This document shows, in pieces, positions 53,038 through 63,564 of a DNA stretch of 64,000 bases (position 1 is its first letter; every line of letters begins with the position of its first letter). The stretch is from assembly GCA_963555755.3 (NCBI GenBank), contig OY820905.2, forward strand, positions 2,080,001-2,144,000, given 5' to 3'. The DNA is from Nitrospirales bacterium (lineage in GTDB: Bacteria > Nitrospirota > Nitrospiria > Nitrospirales > UBA8639). The notes under the pieces were generated by a model. That model had not been told where the DNA came from and ran no database searches. It saw nothing but the letters and a program-made list of their open reading frames with translations. The position numbers were made by a program, and so were the translations under genes.

Positions 53038-53768
53038 GTCGGATCACACTCACGGGCGAGAAACACGTCTTGGGTTTTGTGGAAACGGGAACCGAAAATG
53101 AGTCTGTGCTCACACCCTTTCTCCAGGAGTTGGGTGAGCGCGGCCTCGATAGCTCCCAAGGCCTGTTGGTGATTCTCGATGGGGGAAAAGGCCTGCGAGC
53201 GGCCGTGCGCCAAGCCTTTGGCCACTCAGCGCTGGTGCAGCGGTGCCAGTGGCACAAACGAGAGAATGTGGTAAAGCATGTACCGAAAGGCGAACAAGTC
53301 ACCTGGCGACGACGGCTTCAACGAGCGTATCAGCGCCCGACGTATGTGGAAGCCCAGACGGCGTTACACGGCCTGCAGAGGGAGCTGGAGGCCCGGAAGC
53401 AATCAGTAGCCCAAAGCTTAGGGGAAGGTCTGGAGGAAACGTTGACGTTGCATCGGCTGGGCGTCTTTGCCCTCGTCGGCTTGTCCTTCAAGACCATGAA
53501 TTGCCTGGAATCGATCAATGCCTTGGTGGAAGAGCGGTGTGCCAAGGTGGATCGCTGGACGAATTCTCACCAGCGGCAACGCTGATTGGCCACGGCATTG
53601 CTGGATATCGAACCACGGCTTCGGAGGGTCAAGGGCTATCGGCACTTGCCCAAGCTACGTGAGGCCCTGCGACGAGATTTGAAAATTGAGAAAGCCATGA
53701 CAAAGAAGGTTGCGTAACGTGAACATCGGAGCCGTGGAAAATTTCAACTAACTTTGGGCTTGACTCCC
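53038..53768 (+). pseudogene. IS256-family transposase 3' remnant with right end
   Basis: ITLTGEKHVLG, ILDGGKGL, VQRCQWHKRENV, TMNCLES; in-frame TGA at 53583; end ..TTTGGGCTTGACTCCC. Confidence 0.82.
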
Positions 53769-53769
53769 C

Positions 53770-53872
53770 GTAAAAGTTTGCATGGAAACTCACGAGGTTG
53801 AAGGTGAGCCGGCAAAAAATGGTGTCCATGAAGGCAAGGGTCATCATCACATTCTGGTGGATATCGATTTAA
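53770..53872 (+). pseudogene. fragment of a DUF4399-like protein
   Basis: EPAKNGVHEGKGHHHILVDID resembles the GHHH(L/I)L(I/V)D motif. Confidence 0.4.
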
Positions 53873-55426
53873 TGAAACACCACATGGCAAAATACCAGAG
53901 ACGCCAAAAGCAGCCCTCCGAACCAACCAACCTTTTTCGTAGAAACGTTAAGCAATTCCCCCCAGCCTTGGGGCCAACCATTCTTCACAATTGTTGGAAT
54001 GGCCACCACGAAGATGACCGCAATAATGATAAGAGTAGAGCGATTGAGGTAGTTCATGTCCGGTGCCAGCCACTTTAATAATATAGTGAGCCCAACACTT
54101 CCAATGAGAGTATGGAATACCAGCTTTTTAGATGAGCTGATTAGAAATACAGCACAAACAATAAGAAATACAAATCCATTTTTTACGTAGTAGGAAGCCT
54201 CGTTAAACCAGTGCGTGAGGGCAAAATTTGGGTCCTCAAATTTTACGTAGACAACCACATAGGCAAAGAATAAACCAGCACACAAAGCTCCGATTATCCC
54301 TTTTCTACCCATAGAAACCATTTCACTATCTGTTGCGTCGGGTTTAATATATTTCTTATATATATCTACTGACCACAGGGTCGAAACCGAATGGAAAATG
54401 GAGTCTACACTGCTCATGAGCGAAGCAAACAAACCGCAAAGAATGAATCCTTTTAACCCATGGGGTATCAGTTCAATAATCAAAGTTGGATAGGCAAGAT
54501 CCGGATCAGAAAGCGGCCGATGTGAAAGGATTCCCACCAGAGCTATCCCAGGAATGATAATAATCAAGGCCATCAAGTACTTTAAGAACCCACCAACAAT
54601 TAATCCTACTTGGGCGTGGTAGAGGTTTTTGGCTGCCAGTGCCCGCTGTAAAATAATTTGGTTGCAACCCCAATAATTGAGATTTAAGAGCATCATTCCG
54701 AAGAGAGCAGGCCAGGGAAGTTTGGGATGATCCGATGGCATATGCAAGTGCATCAAGTTTGGAGTTTTTTCGTAAAGCATCGTCCACCCACCCAGTTCCT
54801 TCATTGCTACAGCAACAAGGATCACCCCCCCCTACGACCATTAAGACAAATTGAGCGATGTCTGTTCTTACGACGGCGCCCATTCCACCTAAATAGGTAT
54901 ACGTTGCCGAGAAAACTCCCAATATTATTGTAATCATAAAAATGCGGACCATGGGGTCGTAATGAATAAAACGAATGTTTTCTTCAAAAATAGCATTGAC
55001 GGCATAAGCCCCCCAAAAGAGCGCTGAGCCAAGATAAAGAAACCCATAGAGCAAGATCATTAACATGGAATAGGTGAGAGCTACCTGCGATCCGAGTCTC
55101 TGTTCAAAAAATTGGCTAATAGTGGTTACCTTAGCCGCAAGGTAGAGCGGGATAAAAACAAATGCGGCGATTAAAATACCCAGAATCGCGTTGATTTCAA
55201 AATTTGCCTGCACCAATCCATATAAATAAGCCGACCCGGCCATTCCAATAAAATGACCAGCATGGATGTTTGTGGAAATTGTCGAAAATGCAATGACAGG
55301 CCAACGAAGGGTGTTCGATTTTAAAAAATATTCATGCGCCGTGGTATTTTTGTCGTCCCTCTTTACAATCCCTTAAGTAAAGATAACGATAAAATAGGTC
55401 GAGATTATAATAAGATCCAAAACCAT
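53869..55426 (-). pseudogene. sodium:solute symporter (SSS) pseudogene
   Basis: EYFL, GMAGSAY, GGMGAVVRTD, YWGCNQIILQRALAAKN, ASLMSS; in-frame TAA at codon 18 and a frameshift at the C-tract near 54825-54832. Confidence 0.85.
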
Positions 55427-55477
55427 AAAAAAATGGACCATTAACAGGTTGCTGAAGAATGGTTTTTAGGGGTGCCC

Positions 55478-56584
55478 TTAAGATAATTTCACTTGATACC
55501 GTGTACTGCGACCAGCTCCCGAGGACATCAAGGCACCGTTTGCCACCAGCTCTTGTAGGTCTCTCGTGGCTGTCGCCTTTGAAGTCCCGGTGATCGCGAT
55601 ATATTTTTTGGTACTCATTCCACCTTGAAAGCCTTGATGTCCCTCCTCGAACATTCGGCGAATAACACGAAGCTGACGTTCGTGAAGCTGATCGTGAAAC
55701 CGGTTAAAAATTTTCGTTTTCTTCAAGGTAAAATCAATGTGTTCCTTAGCCATTATTTGCGCATCTAAGATCACGGAGACGAAATACTGAATCCAGGCGG
55801 TGATCTCGTTTGATCTTTGGGCCTTTTTCAACCCGGCGTAGTAGGATTTTTTATGAGCCTCAATGGGTTTTGACAAACTTAGAAGGATAGGTCGGCCTAA
55901 TCCCTGGAATAGCGCCTTTTCAGAAAGCGCCCTTCCTATTCTGCCATTGCCATCCTCAAAAGGATGAATAGATTCAAAATACAGATGCGCAATAGCCGAT
56001 CGCACGGGTGATTTTTTGATTTCTTTTGGTCCTCCCGGTTGCGTGTCATTGAACCACTGGAAAAATCCTTTCATTTCTTTGGAAACCCGTGGCGAAGGCG
56101 GCGCTTCAAAATGCACCTTCCATTTTCCGATTGGTCCTGACACCACCTGCATCGGTTCTTCATAGGTACGCCACACCCCAATCTTATGTTTTGCCTCTCC
56201 CTTCATAATCATGGCGTGCCATGAAAACAGTTTTTCCTTGGTGAGTGTTTGAGAAAAGGTATGGCGTACATCGACCATAAGTTCCGCAGCACCCTGGGCT
56301 TTGATATCCCTGATCGGTTCCGCAACGGGGTTCAGTCCCAAATTATTTTTAATGGATGACATGACATCCTGGCGACTGAGATATTCCCCTTCGATTTCTG
56401 AAGTCTTCATGGCCTCAGCCACCATCATGTCAATGATGGCTTCGGTTTGGGCATCCTCAGGCAAGGCCTGAAGAATCCCACTGACATGACCTTCCTTTTC
56501 CGCAAATGACAGGAGAAGATCCTCAATGTTCTTGAGATCATATTGAAAATGAGGCCAGTCTGGTAGTTGCCAGTTGAAACTCAT
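55478..56584 (-). CDS. Fic-family protein (DUF4172 N-terminus, C-terminal HTH)
   Basis: WQLPDWPHF, TSEIEGE, HPFEDGNGRIGRA, SKATATRDLQELV. Confidence 0.92.
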   Translation of the reverse strand: MSFNWQLPDWPHFQYDLKNIEDLLLSFAEKEGHVSGILQALPEDAQTEAIIDMMVAEAMKTSEIEGEYLSRQDVMSSIKNNLGLNPVAEPIRDIKAQGAAELMVDVRHTFSQTLTKEKLFSWHAMIMKGEAKHKIGVWRTYEEPMQVVSGPIGKWKVHFEAPPSPRVSKEMKGFFQWFNDTQPGGPKEIKKSPVRSAIAHLYFESIHPFEDGNGRIGRALSEKALFQGLGRPILLSLSKPIEAHKKSYYAGLKKAQRSNEITAWIQYFVSVILDAQIMAKEHIDFTLKKTKIFNRFHDQLHERQLRVIRRMFEEGHQGFQGGMSTKKYIAITGTSKATATRDLQELVANGALMSSGAGRSTRYQVKLS

Positions 56585-56638
56585 GAGCCGATTATACCAT
56601 TTAATCGGCTCATTTTTAACAATTTTTTGAGCCGGTTA
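56583..56638. promoter_or_regulatory. inverted-repeat operator overlapping the Fic start
   Basis: ATGAGCCGATTA-N7-TAATCGGCTCAT plus a third half-site TGAGCCGGTTA. Confidence 0.65.
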
Positions 56639-57156
56639 TGATATGCGATCACCTCAGCAACCTTGTCCCCCAGGCACACTTCAGATTTTATTTTGTGAGT
56701 AAAAAAAGGCAAAATTGAAAATGAGCCTAAGAATAGCGTTTCTGTTCAGATGACCTGTCTGCGTAGACCAATAATATTAGCGACGCAGGAAAAGCCAAAT
56801 CCAATTAGGAAAACCTGCATGGTACTTCCCTACGGGGTATAGTGTTATAAATTTCAATCTAGCTATTCCCCGTAGCTCTGCTACGTGGGTTTCATTATAG
56901 AAAGTATGATCATTCTTCCTCTGAATACCCCGTTGCTCGCGGCGGGGATCTTTTATTGGAATATTCCTATTCTCCCTCGCCCCTGTGGGGAAATCTGCCT
57001 GCGCGAAGCTGCTATCAACCTCCGTAGCCACTCCGGCGAAGGAGGCTCGGCGAAGGCTTGGGGTTGGGTGAGGGTTCTCTTCTCCGGAAGTTAAAATACC
57101 ATTATATCGTCAGGGAATTTCTGACCAAAGGGAATTGAGAAAGAGGAGAAAATGTA

Positions 57157-57453
57157 ATGCCTGAGTACTTCCTTGCCTATCATGGTGGGAGAATGCCGGA
57201 GAACCTTGAGGAACACATGGGGAAGTTTATGGAGTGGGTCGGCGGCCGTGGCAAGGCCGTAGTCATGCCCGGCATGCCCTTGGGACGGGCTAAGATCGTG
57301 AGCACCGATGGTGTAGCAGCCGATGGTGGGGCGAAACTGATAGGGTTTTCCATTCTGGAAGCCGACAGCCTGGAGGCGGCAGTTGAAATGGCGAAGACGT
57401 GCCCACACCTTGTGATTGGTCAAGTTGAAGTCGTGGAAATGAAGGAAATGTAG
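57157..57453 (+). CDS. YciI/DGPF-like protein
   Basis: GFSILEADSLEAAVEMAKTCPHL..GQVEVVE; GAGGAG SD. Confidence 0.85.
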   Translation: MPEYFLAYHGGRMPENLEEHMGKFMEWVGGRGKAVVMPGMPLGRAKIVSTDGVAADGGAKLIGFSILEADSLEAAVEMAKTCPHLVIGQVEVVEMKEM

Positions 57454-57519
57454 TCTCCCGCGTCGGGATAGGGTGAGTCTTTCTTTGTCCTTTTGGATGT
57501 GGCATTGCAAGACCTGACC

Positions 57520-58987
57520 CAATACTGTTCACTTAGATATCTTCGGTGGTTTGATGGATGGTGTCCAGTCAATTTGCGCAACGGGCGGTCTCGGACGTTT
57601 GTACGGTGCGTATGGAGAGTTTCGGCGTTTCACCATCCTCGGCTTGATTTTTCCACGACTGGATTCACACAACAGTTTCGCCGTCGCCTCAAACAGCAGC
57701 CGATACCATGTTTTTTGGCGCTCAGGGGGGAAGGGCCCCAGATTGGGGCAGGGTTCGACGCACTAACTGCACCGTGGCCGTAAAAGATACCGTGCGGTCA
57801 GGGATGTCTGCCTGGGTGGCCCCTTGATACATCAACCAGCGCACGGCGTAGTGGGCCATCACCCATCCGTAGAACTCTTGACGCACCAACTCTGGCGTTT
57901 TACTGCGCAGGACGCGACGACGTTGCCTCAGGTGCGTCTTCAGCTCATCAAACACCAATTCCACCTCCCAGCGCTCGTGATACAGTTGAGCCAGGTCCTG
58001 GGCGGGTGCGCCTTGGTCATCCAGCAGCGTGGTGACGAGACGGTACAGCGGTTCGCTATTGGGCCCCTGCGGTAAGACATACTCAATCACCCTGATGGCG
58101 ATCCCATCAATTCGCTTTCTTCTGGCGCGTTCACTGGGATACAGATGGCTCAGGTACGAGCCATCGTCCAACAGCTTGTCAACTGGAAGGATCAAGCTCT
58201 TCGGCATGCGCCAGAGTAGTTGCGCTCCGGTCTGAAGGCCGGCCTGCCAATGGGCGTACCCGACAAAGCCGCGATCGGCCATGCAGAGCATGTCGGGCGT
58301 GAGGCGACGCACCAAGGGCGCGGCCACCTCCCATTCGGCCTGCTTATAGGCCCCTAGTTCGGCATCCAAAATGGCGTGACTGGCACATTCCGTCAAAATG
58401 GCGCACTGGGCTTGGGGGTAGCCGGCCTGCCCGGTTCGGCTCCCTGGGTACCCAAAGGCTTGCACATTGGCTTCCTCATCCGGGACCTCAAAGTTGGAGC
58501 CATCTATCGCGACGAGTCGGTAGCCTGCAAAAAAGGCGTGGGCATGCTCTGGACGAGCCAACGGGCGCAAGCAGCGCTGTCCAATGGCTTTCAGCGCCTT
58601 CCACGTCAGCCGTGAGCGGGCTTTGCTGATGGCTGATTTGACAACGGTCACGGGAGCAACGGGTTTGTGGTCTTTCCATGCCAGCCCTTGGGCCACAGCG
58701 GCAAACACCGCTTCGTACGCGGCCTCGCTGTATAAGCTCAACGCCATGGTGTAGTACACCACGGCAGAAGCGGGAAAGGTGCGGACACGTTCACTGTTAC
58801 AATGATGTGCGTCAAGTTCTTCGTTGATGATGGCCACCGGAAAGGCACGAGCCAGTAATCCCGTGCTCAAATAATCCGCCAATCGAGCCCCCGCCCCCAA
58901 GCCGACTTTCTTTCTTGCCATGTTGCCTCCTCCCAGATTACGTGTGGAGGCGAAGTATAACAGATTTCATCTAAGTGAACAGTATTG
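57520..58987 (-). mobile_element. IS4-family element, copy 2 (transposase 57722-58921)
   Basis: same TIRs; 10-bp TSD AGACCTGACC; near-identical to copy 1. Confidence 0.95.
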
Positions 58988-59104
58988 AGACCTGACCCAC
59001 AATCGACCCCCAATCGGGAAAATATTTCCAAGACAGAAGAGGAGCAACAATACCGAAAATTATAAAATTCGCGGGCAAGAAAAATATTTCTTCATTATAT
59101 AACC

Positions 59105-60022
59105 TTAATTGCAAATCCTATAAATCCTAGACATTATCCTTTGTCGGAAAGGGTATATCATTTGCAAAAGAGGCAAGAGCGGCACTTGCCACCAAGGGGT
59201 TGAATGCCCATCCTGGAAATCCTTGTCACTGATTCCTGTCGCGGGGTAGACATTGTAGTCGCGAACTTGCGTCCTAAAAATATAATCCCAAATACTGAAC
59301 AACGAACCAAAGTTCTTGTCTTGATATTGATCATCAATGGCATGATGAATACGATGCGACTGCGGGGTCACAAAAAGATATCTAAGCACGCCTAAATTAG
59401 CCCTGATATTCCCATGATAGAATCGAGAATACCACCTTTGAAAGAACAATAAAGCTACAATCGTTGGGACATCGAATTGTAAAAACAAGAATGGAATGAC
59501 CAGCACCGTATGGCGGACCAGGCATTCAACGACGTGATATCGGTAATCAGTAAAGAAATTCAACTCTCTCTGCGAATGGTGTACCTTATGAAAATGCCAT
59601 AGTATGGAAAACTTGTGATTAGCCACATGCTGAACCCAGTAAAGAAAGTCGGTCAGGAGCAAACCGACAACAAGCCGGACCCCTTCGGGCCATAAATTTA
59701 ACGCCTCGATAGTGAGAGAATTAAAATGCTGAACATAGAGGGATTTAAGCCATATAACATAAGTGGAAAGAACTAAAATGTGAAGTACAAATTCGTAGAC
59801 AAACCAGACAGCATCCTGGGCCAAGCTCTTACTGAAGATTTTTTCATTGGGCCTGGCGGGTAGCAACCATTAAAGAAGCCATGTAAATGATACAATGAAG
59901 ATAAATTCATTCGTGAATACAATATATCGAAACAGCTCGTAGACAGGTATGAAAAGGTGTTCCCGTGCGAGGCGAACAGCAGCGTCTATCCAGTTCGGCC
60001 ACTGAGGATTGCCATTGAACAT
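59105..60022 (-). pseudogene. sterol desaturase / fatty-acid hydroxylase family gene with in-frame stop
   Basis: His boxes HVANH, HKVHH, HRIHH and KNFG..FSIWD; the upstream ORF is in the same frame, separated only by TAA at 59870-59872. Confidence 0.8.
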
Positions 60023-60289
60023 CACGCAGCTCCTAAAATAATGATGATACACTCATTGGTTATGCTCCCCAAAAGAAAATCCCCCTCCTTCGCTCGCATG
60101 AATTTCTGCATTCGAATCAGTGGCCCAAAACAGCACGAAATTGAAAACCAAGTTTTACAACCGTTGGATTCTCTTGATATTTTCTAATGAACCTGTCCCT
60201 TCCATTCATTCACCCGTCGTGAAAAACTTGAGTTTTTCAGATACCAGAAAGGCTGGATGGATTTTTTGACCATACGGTCACAAGAAGGA

Positions 60290-60649
60290 TTAGGGTGAAT
60301 AAAGGGATTGCCAACCAAGAAAAGAAGCAACGGCTTCGTCTACTGATGAAAACACAGGCACTAGACTATCCAAATGCACCAGGTTGAAAATCTCCCGAAC
60401 GAATTCCTGCGGGTTTGCTAAACCAAATTGAATTTTCTCGGTAGCCAAGGATCGATAAGATTTGGTACACGCACTCAACATAATACTGTCAACGTAGCGA
60501 ACCTGGCCAAGATCAACAATAATTCGTTGAAATCCTTCATCCCTCACTTCCTGAATCGCCTTGAGAAATTCCAACCGCATGTAAAGGTCTAACGTTCCAA
60601 TGGGATGTAGAATAAGTATTCCATTTCTGGCTTCCTTTAGAATATCCAT
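60290..60649 (-). CDS. STAS-domain protein (anti-sigma factor antagonist-like)
   Basis: G.LD, IIVDLGQVRYVDS, V.EIFNLVHLD. Confidence 0.88.
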   Translation of the reverse strand: MDILKEARNGILILHPIGTLDLYMRLEFLKAIQEVRDEGFQRIIVDLGQVRYVDSIMLSACTKSYRSLATEKIQFGLANPQEFVREIFNLVHLDSLVPVFSSVDEAVASFLGWQSLYSP

Positions 60650-60840
60650 GACATGTATCCTTCTCACGTTAACTTATCGGTCAACCCTTAAAAGGGTTGA
60701 GACATGGCCTCGTCGTTGGTTTCTTACACCGAAAGGGGACGCTCCCATTTTTTTTTGCACGGCTTCTTCGGTACTTTTCCGATTGACCAAAATTCGCGTT
60801 TACATTTCTTATTCCCATCATGGAAATAAAGGGTGCATCC

Positions 60841-62451
60841 CAGGGTGAATGTTTTCTTTCCCACTTCCAGCATACATTCAATCAGTTGAAGTGCATTCTG
60901 GACATTTTCCCCTGATTCTGATAGAACGTGTGATATTGTTCATCACGGGAGAGACAGTGTGCATCTTCAAGCGATTCGTGTCCGTCCTGTTTGTGCCGCC
61001 GAGGAGTCTCGGTTTCAGGACGCCATGCGTGCCCATCACTACCTCGGCGCCCTGCCGAAGATCGGGAACACCCTCTGGTATGTCGCCTGCGTGGAGGGGG
61101 ACTGGGTGGCGCTGGTGAGTTTTTCCGCTGCGGCGTTGAAGTGCGCCGTTCGCGATGAGTGGGTCGGCTGGGCCTTTCGGCACCAGTTCGACCGGCTGAA
61201 CCTGGTCGCCAACAATTCCCGCTTTCTGATTCTGCCGCACTGCCACCACCCGAACGTGGCATCGCGGGTGCTCTCGCTCTGCCGGCAACGAATTCAGCAA
61301 GACTGGCGAGAGCGGTTTGGGTTCCCGCTGCTGCTGCTGGAGACCTTCGTGGATCCGACCCGGTATCAGGGCACGATCTATCAGGCGGCCAACTGGCGCT
61401 TGCTTGGATTCACGAAGGGGTATGCCCGGACTCGGACCGGCTATAGCGACATCCCGCACACGCCCAAGAAGGTCTTCGTCCTGCCCCTGCAACGCAATAC
61501 GCGCACCCTGCTGTCTCACCCCTTGTTACATCCTCAGTATCAAACAGGAGTGCCACGGATGCAAGTAACGGCTGAACACATGCGCTCGTTACCTGATTTT
61601 TTCAAGGAGATAGCCGACCCGCGTCGGGCCGAGGGCCGCCGCCATCGGCTCGAAGTGGTGTTGGCCCTTGCCGCAGCCGCCACCCTCTGTGGGCGGCACG
61701 GCTACAAAGCGATGGCGGATTGGGCTCAGGCGCTGGGGCCGAAAGCGCGCGCCCGGTTTCGCTGCCGGTTTCGAAATCGACAGTATCTCGTGCCCAGCGA
61801 AAGCATCATCCGGGACGTGCTGATTCGAGTCGATCCTGCCGACCTGGATCACGCCCTCCAAGGCTGGAATGCCCACTATGGCGCCGTCGACGAAAGCCTG
61901 GCGATCGATGGGAAGACCATGTGCAACGCCATTGATGAGGCCGGACGCCAGACCCACATCATGAGCGTGGTCGGGCAACAGAGTGCCCAGTGCTACACCC
62001 AAAAAAAGTGGGCACGCTACCGGTAGAAGGGCGTGATGAGGCGAAGCAGACCAATGAAATCAAAACGGCCATCCCGCTGCTGGACGCCATCGAGATCCGC
62101 GGCAAGACCATCAGTGCCGATGCCCTGCTCACCCAACGCGAGCTCGCCCGCTATCTCGTGGAAGAGCGTGGGGCCCACTACCACTTCACCGTCAAGGGTA
62201 ATCAAAAACATCTGCTGGAAGAAACGGCCTTCTATTTTGCCCCCTGTGAGCACCCGCCGAATTTCACCACCACCGATGGCGACCATGGCCGGCTCGAAAT
62301 CCGCAAGATCTGGGTCACCACCGAGCTCAACGCCTACCTGAACTTCCCGCATGTCGGGCAAGCCTTTATGGTAGAACGGTTCACGAGAGACAAAAAGAGT
62401 GGTAAAGACCGATCCGATATTGCCTATGGCATCACCAGCAAACCGCCTGCA
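60841..62451 (+). mobile_element. ISAs1-family element with DUF4338 N-terminal domain, 3'-truncated
   Basis: CAGGG left end; ORF 60959-62026 (HHYLG, NNSRFLILP, LETFVD, DPRR..GRRH, LAIDGKT) continues via the A7G slippery site (62001-62008) into TNEI, ISADALLTQ, VKGNQ, HGRLEIR; stops before the usual HW.IEN motif; no right TIR seen. Confidence 0.85.
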
Positions 62452-62593
62452 ATGAGTTTTTTGACCATACCGGGTTTAAAGGGATTAGGTCTCTAGCCAC
62501 CTTGACGCGGCTACGAAACTAATTGGACAATCATGAGATCCCGAATCCTTGCCTTAGGTAAGGACCGGGCTTGACGTTCTCATAGGCCCTGGA

Positions 62594-63130
62594 ATGCAAC
62601 CCTTTTCTCAACACGCATTTGGTCAGCTTCTTTTCATCTCCCTATTCATCATGAGCCTCTGGCTTCAGCCTGCGTATGCTCGGGGCTACCTCAATAGTGG
62701 ATGGAAATTATCCGCCCTTCCCATCAGCATTCACCGGTCCCACATTGGACCCCGGCTGGTTGGGAGGGGCGGGATTCGTTCTTGGTCCAGGGGAAGCCAC
62801 CTGCACCATCAGAAATTTCATTTCGGGCGAGGGACTTCGAGGCTGGAAAATCGTTCCGTCCGAAATCGACACATATTATTTCAAGACCCATTTATCTTAC
62901 CTCTCCCCCCGGCCTACTCGCCCGACACCTTTGACCCCTCCGCTCTAATCATTGTGATTCCCCCTGGGGAACCGAGTGAAGCGCAAGCCGAAGAACCCCC
63001 CAAGCCTTTTAAGAGCGGGCCGCCGCTTATTATTGAGGAGCGATGTGGGGTATTTGTAAAAATCCCCTGGCCAGAATCTGGAAGATTGTACGAGGAAGAG
63101 CAGCCTGAGCAGTGCCCTGAATCAGACTGA
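62594..63130 (+). CDS. hypothetical secreted protein
   Basis: signal-peptide-like N-terminus, Pro-rich C-terminus. Confidence 0.55.
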   Translation: MQPFSQHAFGQLLFISLFIMSLWLQPAYARGYLNSGWKLSALPISIHRSHIGPRLVGRGGIRSWSRGSHLHHQKFHFGRGTSRLENRSVRNRHILFQDPFILPLPPAYSPDTFDPSALIIVIPPGEPSEAQAEEPPKPFKSGPPLIIEERCGVFVKIPWPESGRLYEEEQPEQCPESD

Positions 63131-63530
63131 CTCGTTTGGTCCAAAACTCATCCAGCCTTCCGGTATCTGAAATATTCAAGTTCTTCCATAGGCCCTGGGT
63201 CACTTCCATAGGGTTACCAACGGGGCATTCCTTACAGCGCAGCCCGTGGTTCGTTGGAAAGGGGACGGGAAAGGGGACGCTACCCTTTATTTTCATGATG
63301 GGAGCAGGAAATTTATTCGCTATTTTTGGTCAATCGGAAAAGTACTGAAGAGGCCGTGAGCTGTCAATCCCATCAATCAGGGAATGAATACCACAGCAGT
63401 CAGGTGAGTGGTTGACGGAGGTCCTGCCCTACTTGCCCCCGCCCTTATGCACTGGCTTAGTCGGACTCATTGGCTACCGGATGAAGAAGGCACAAACGTA
63501 AACGAGCAATCTGAAAAGACGACCACACAT

Positions 63531-63564
63531 AAGAGCCCCATCGTTTCGGCAGTGGGGCTTTTTT
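63531..63564 (+). terminator. intrinsic terminator-like hairpin with no clear upstream gene
   Basis: AAGAGCCCCAT...GTGGGGCTTTTTT. Confidence 0.55.

Noticed and set aside
52210..59872. Stop-codon recoding or selenocysteine at the in-frame stops
   Set aside because: The stops are a mix of TGA and TAA, most affected genes carry other lesions, and core genes use these codons as normal stops.
60959..61560. Druantia anti-phage system (DruA)
   Set aside because: The DUF4338 domain is fused to an ISAs1 transposase and no other dru genes are present.
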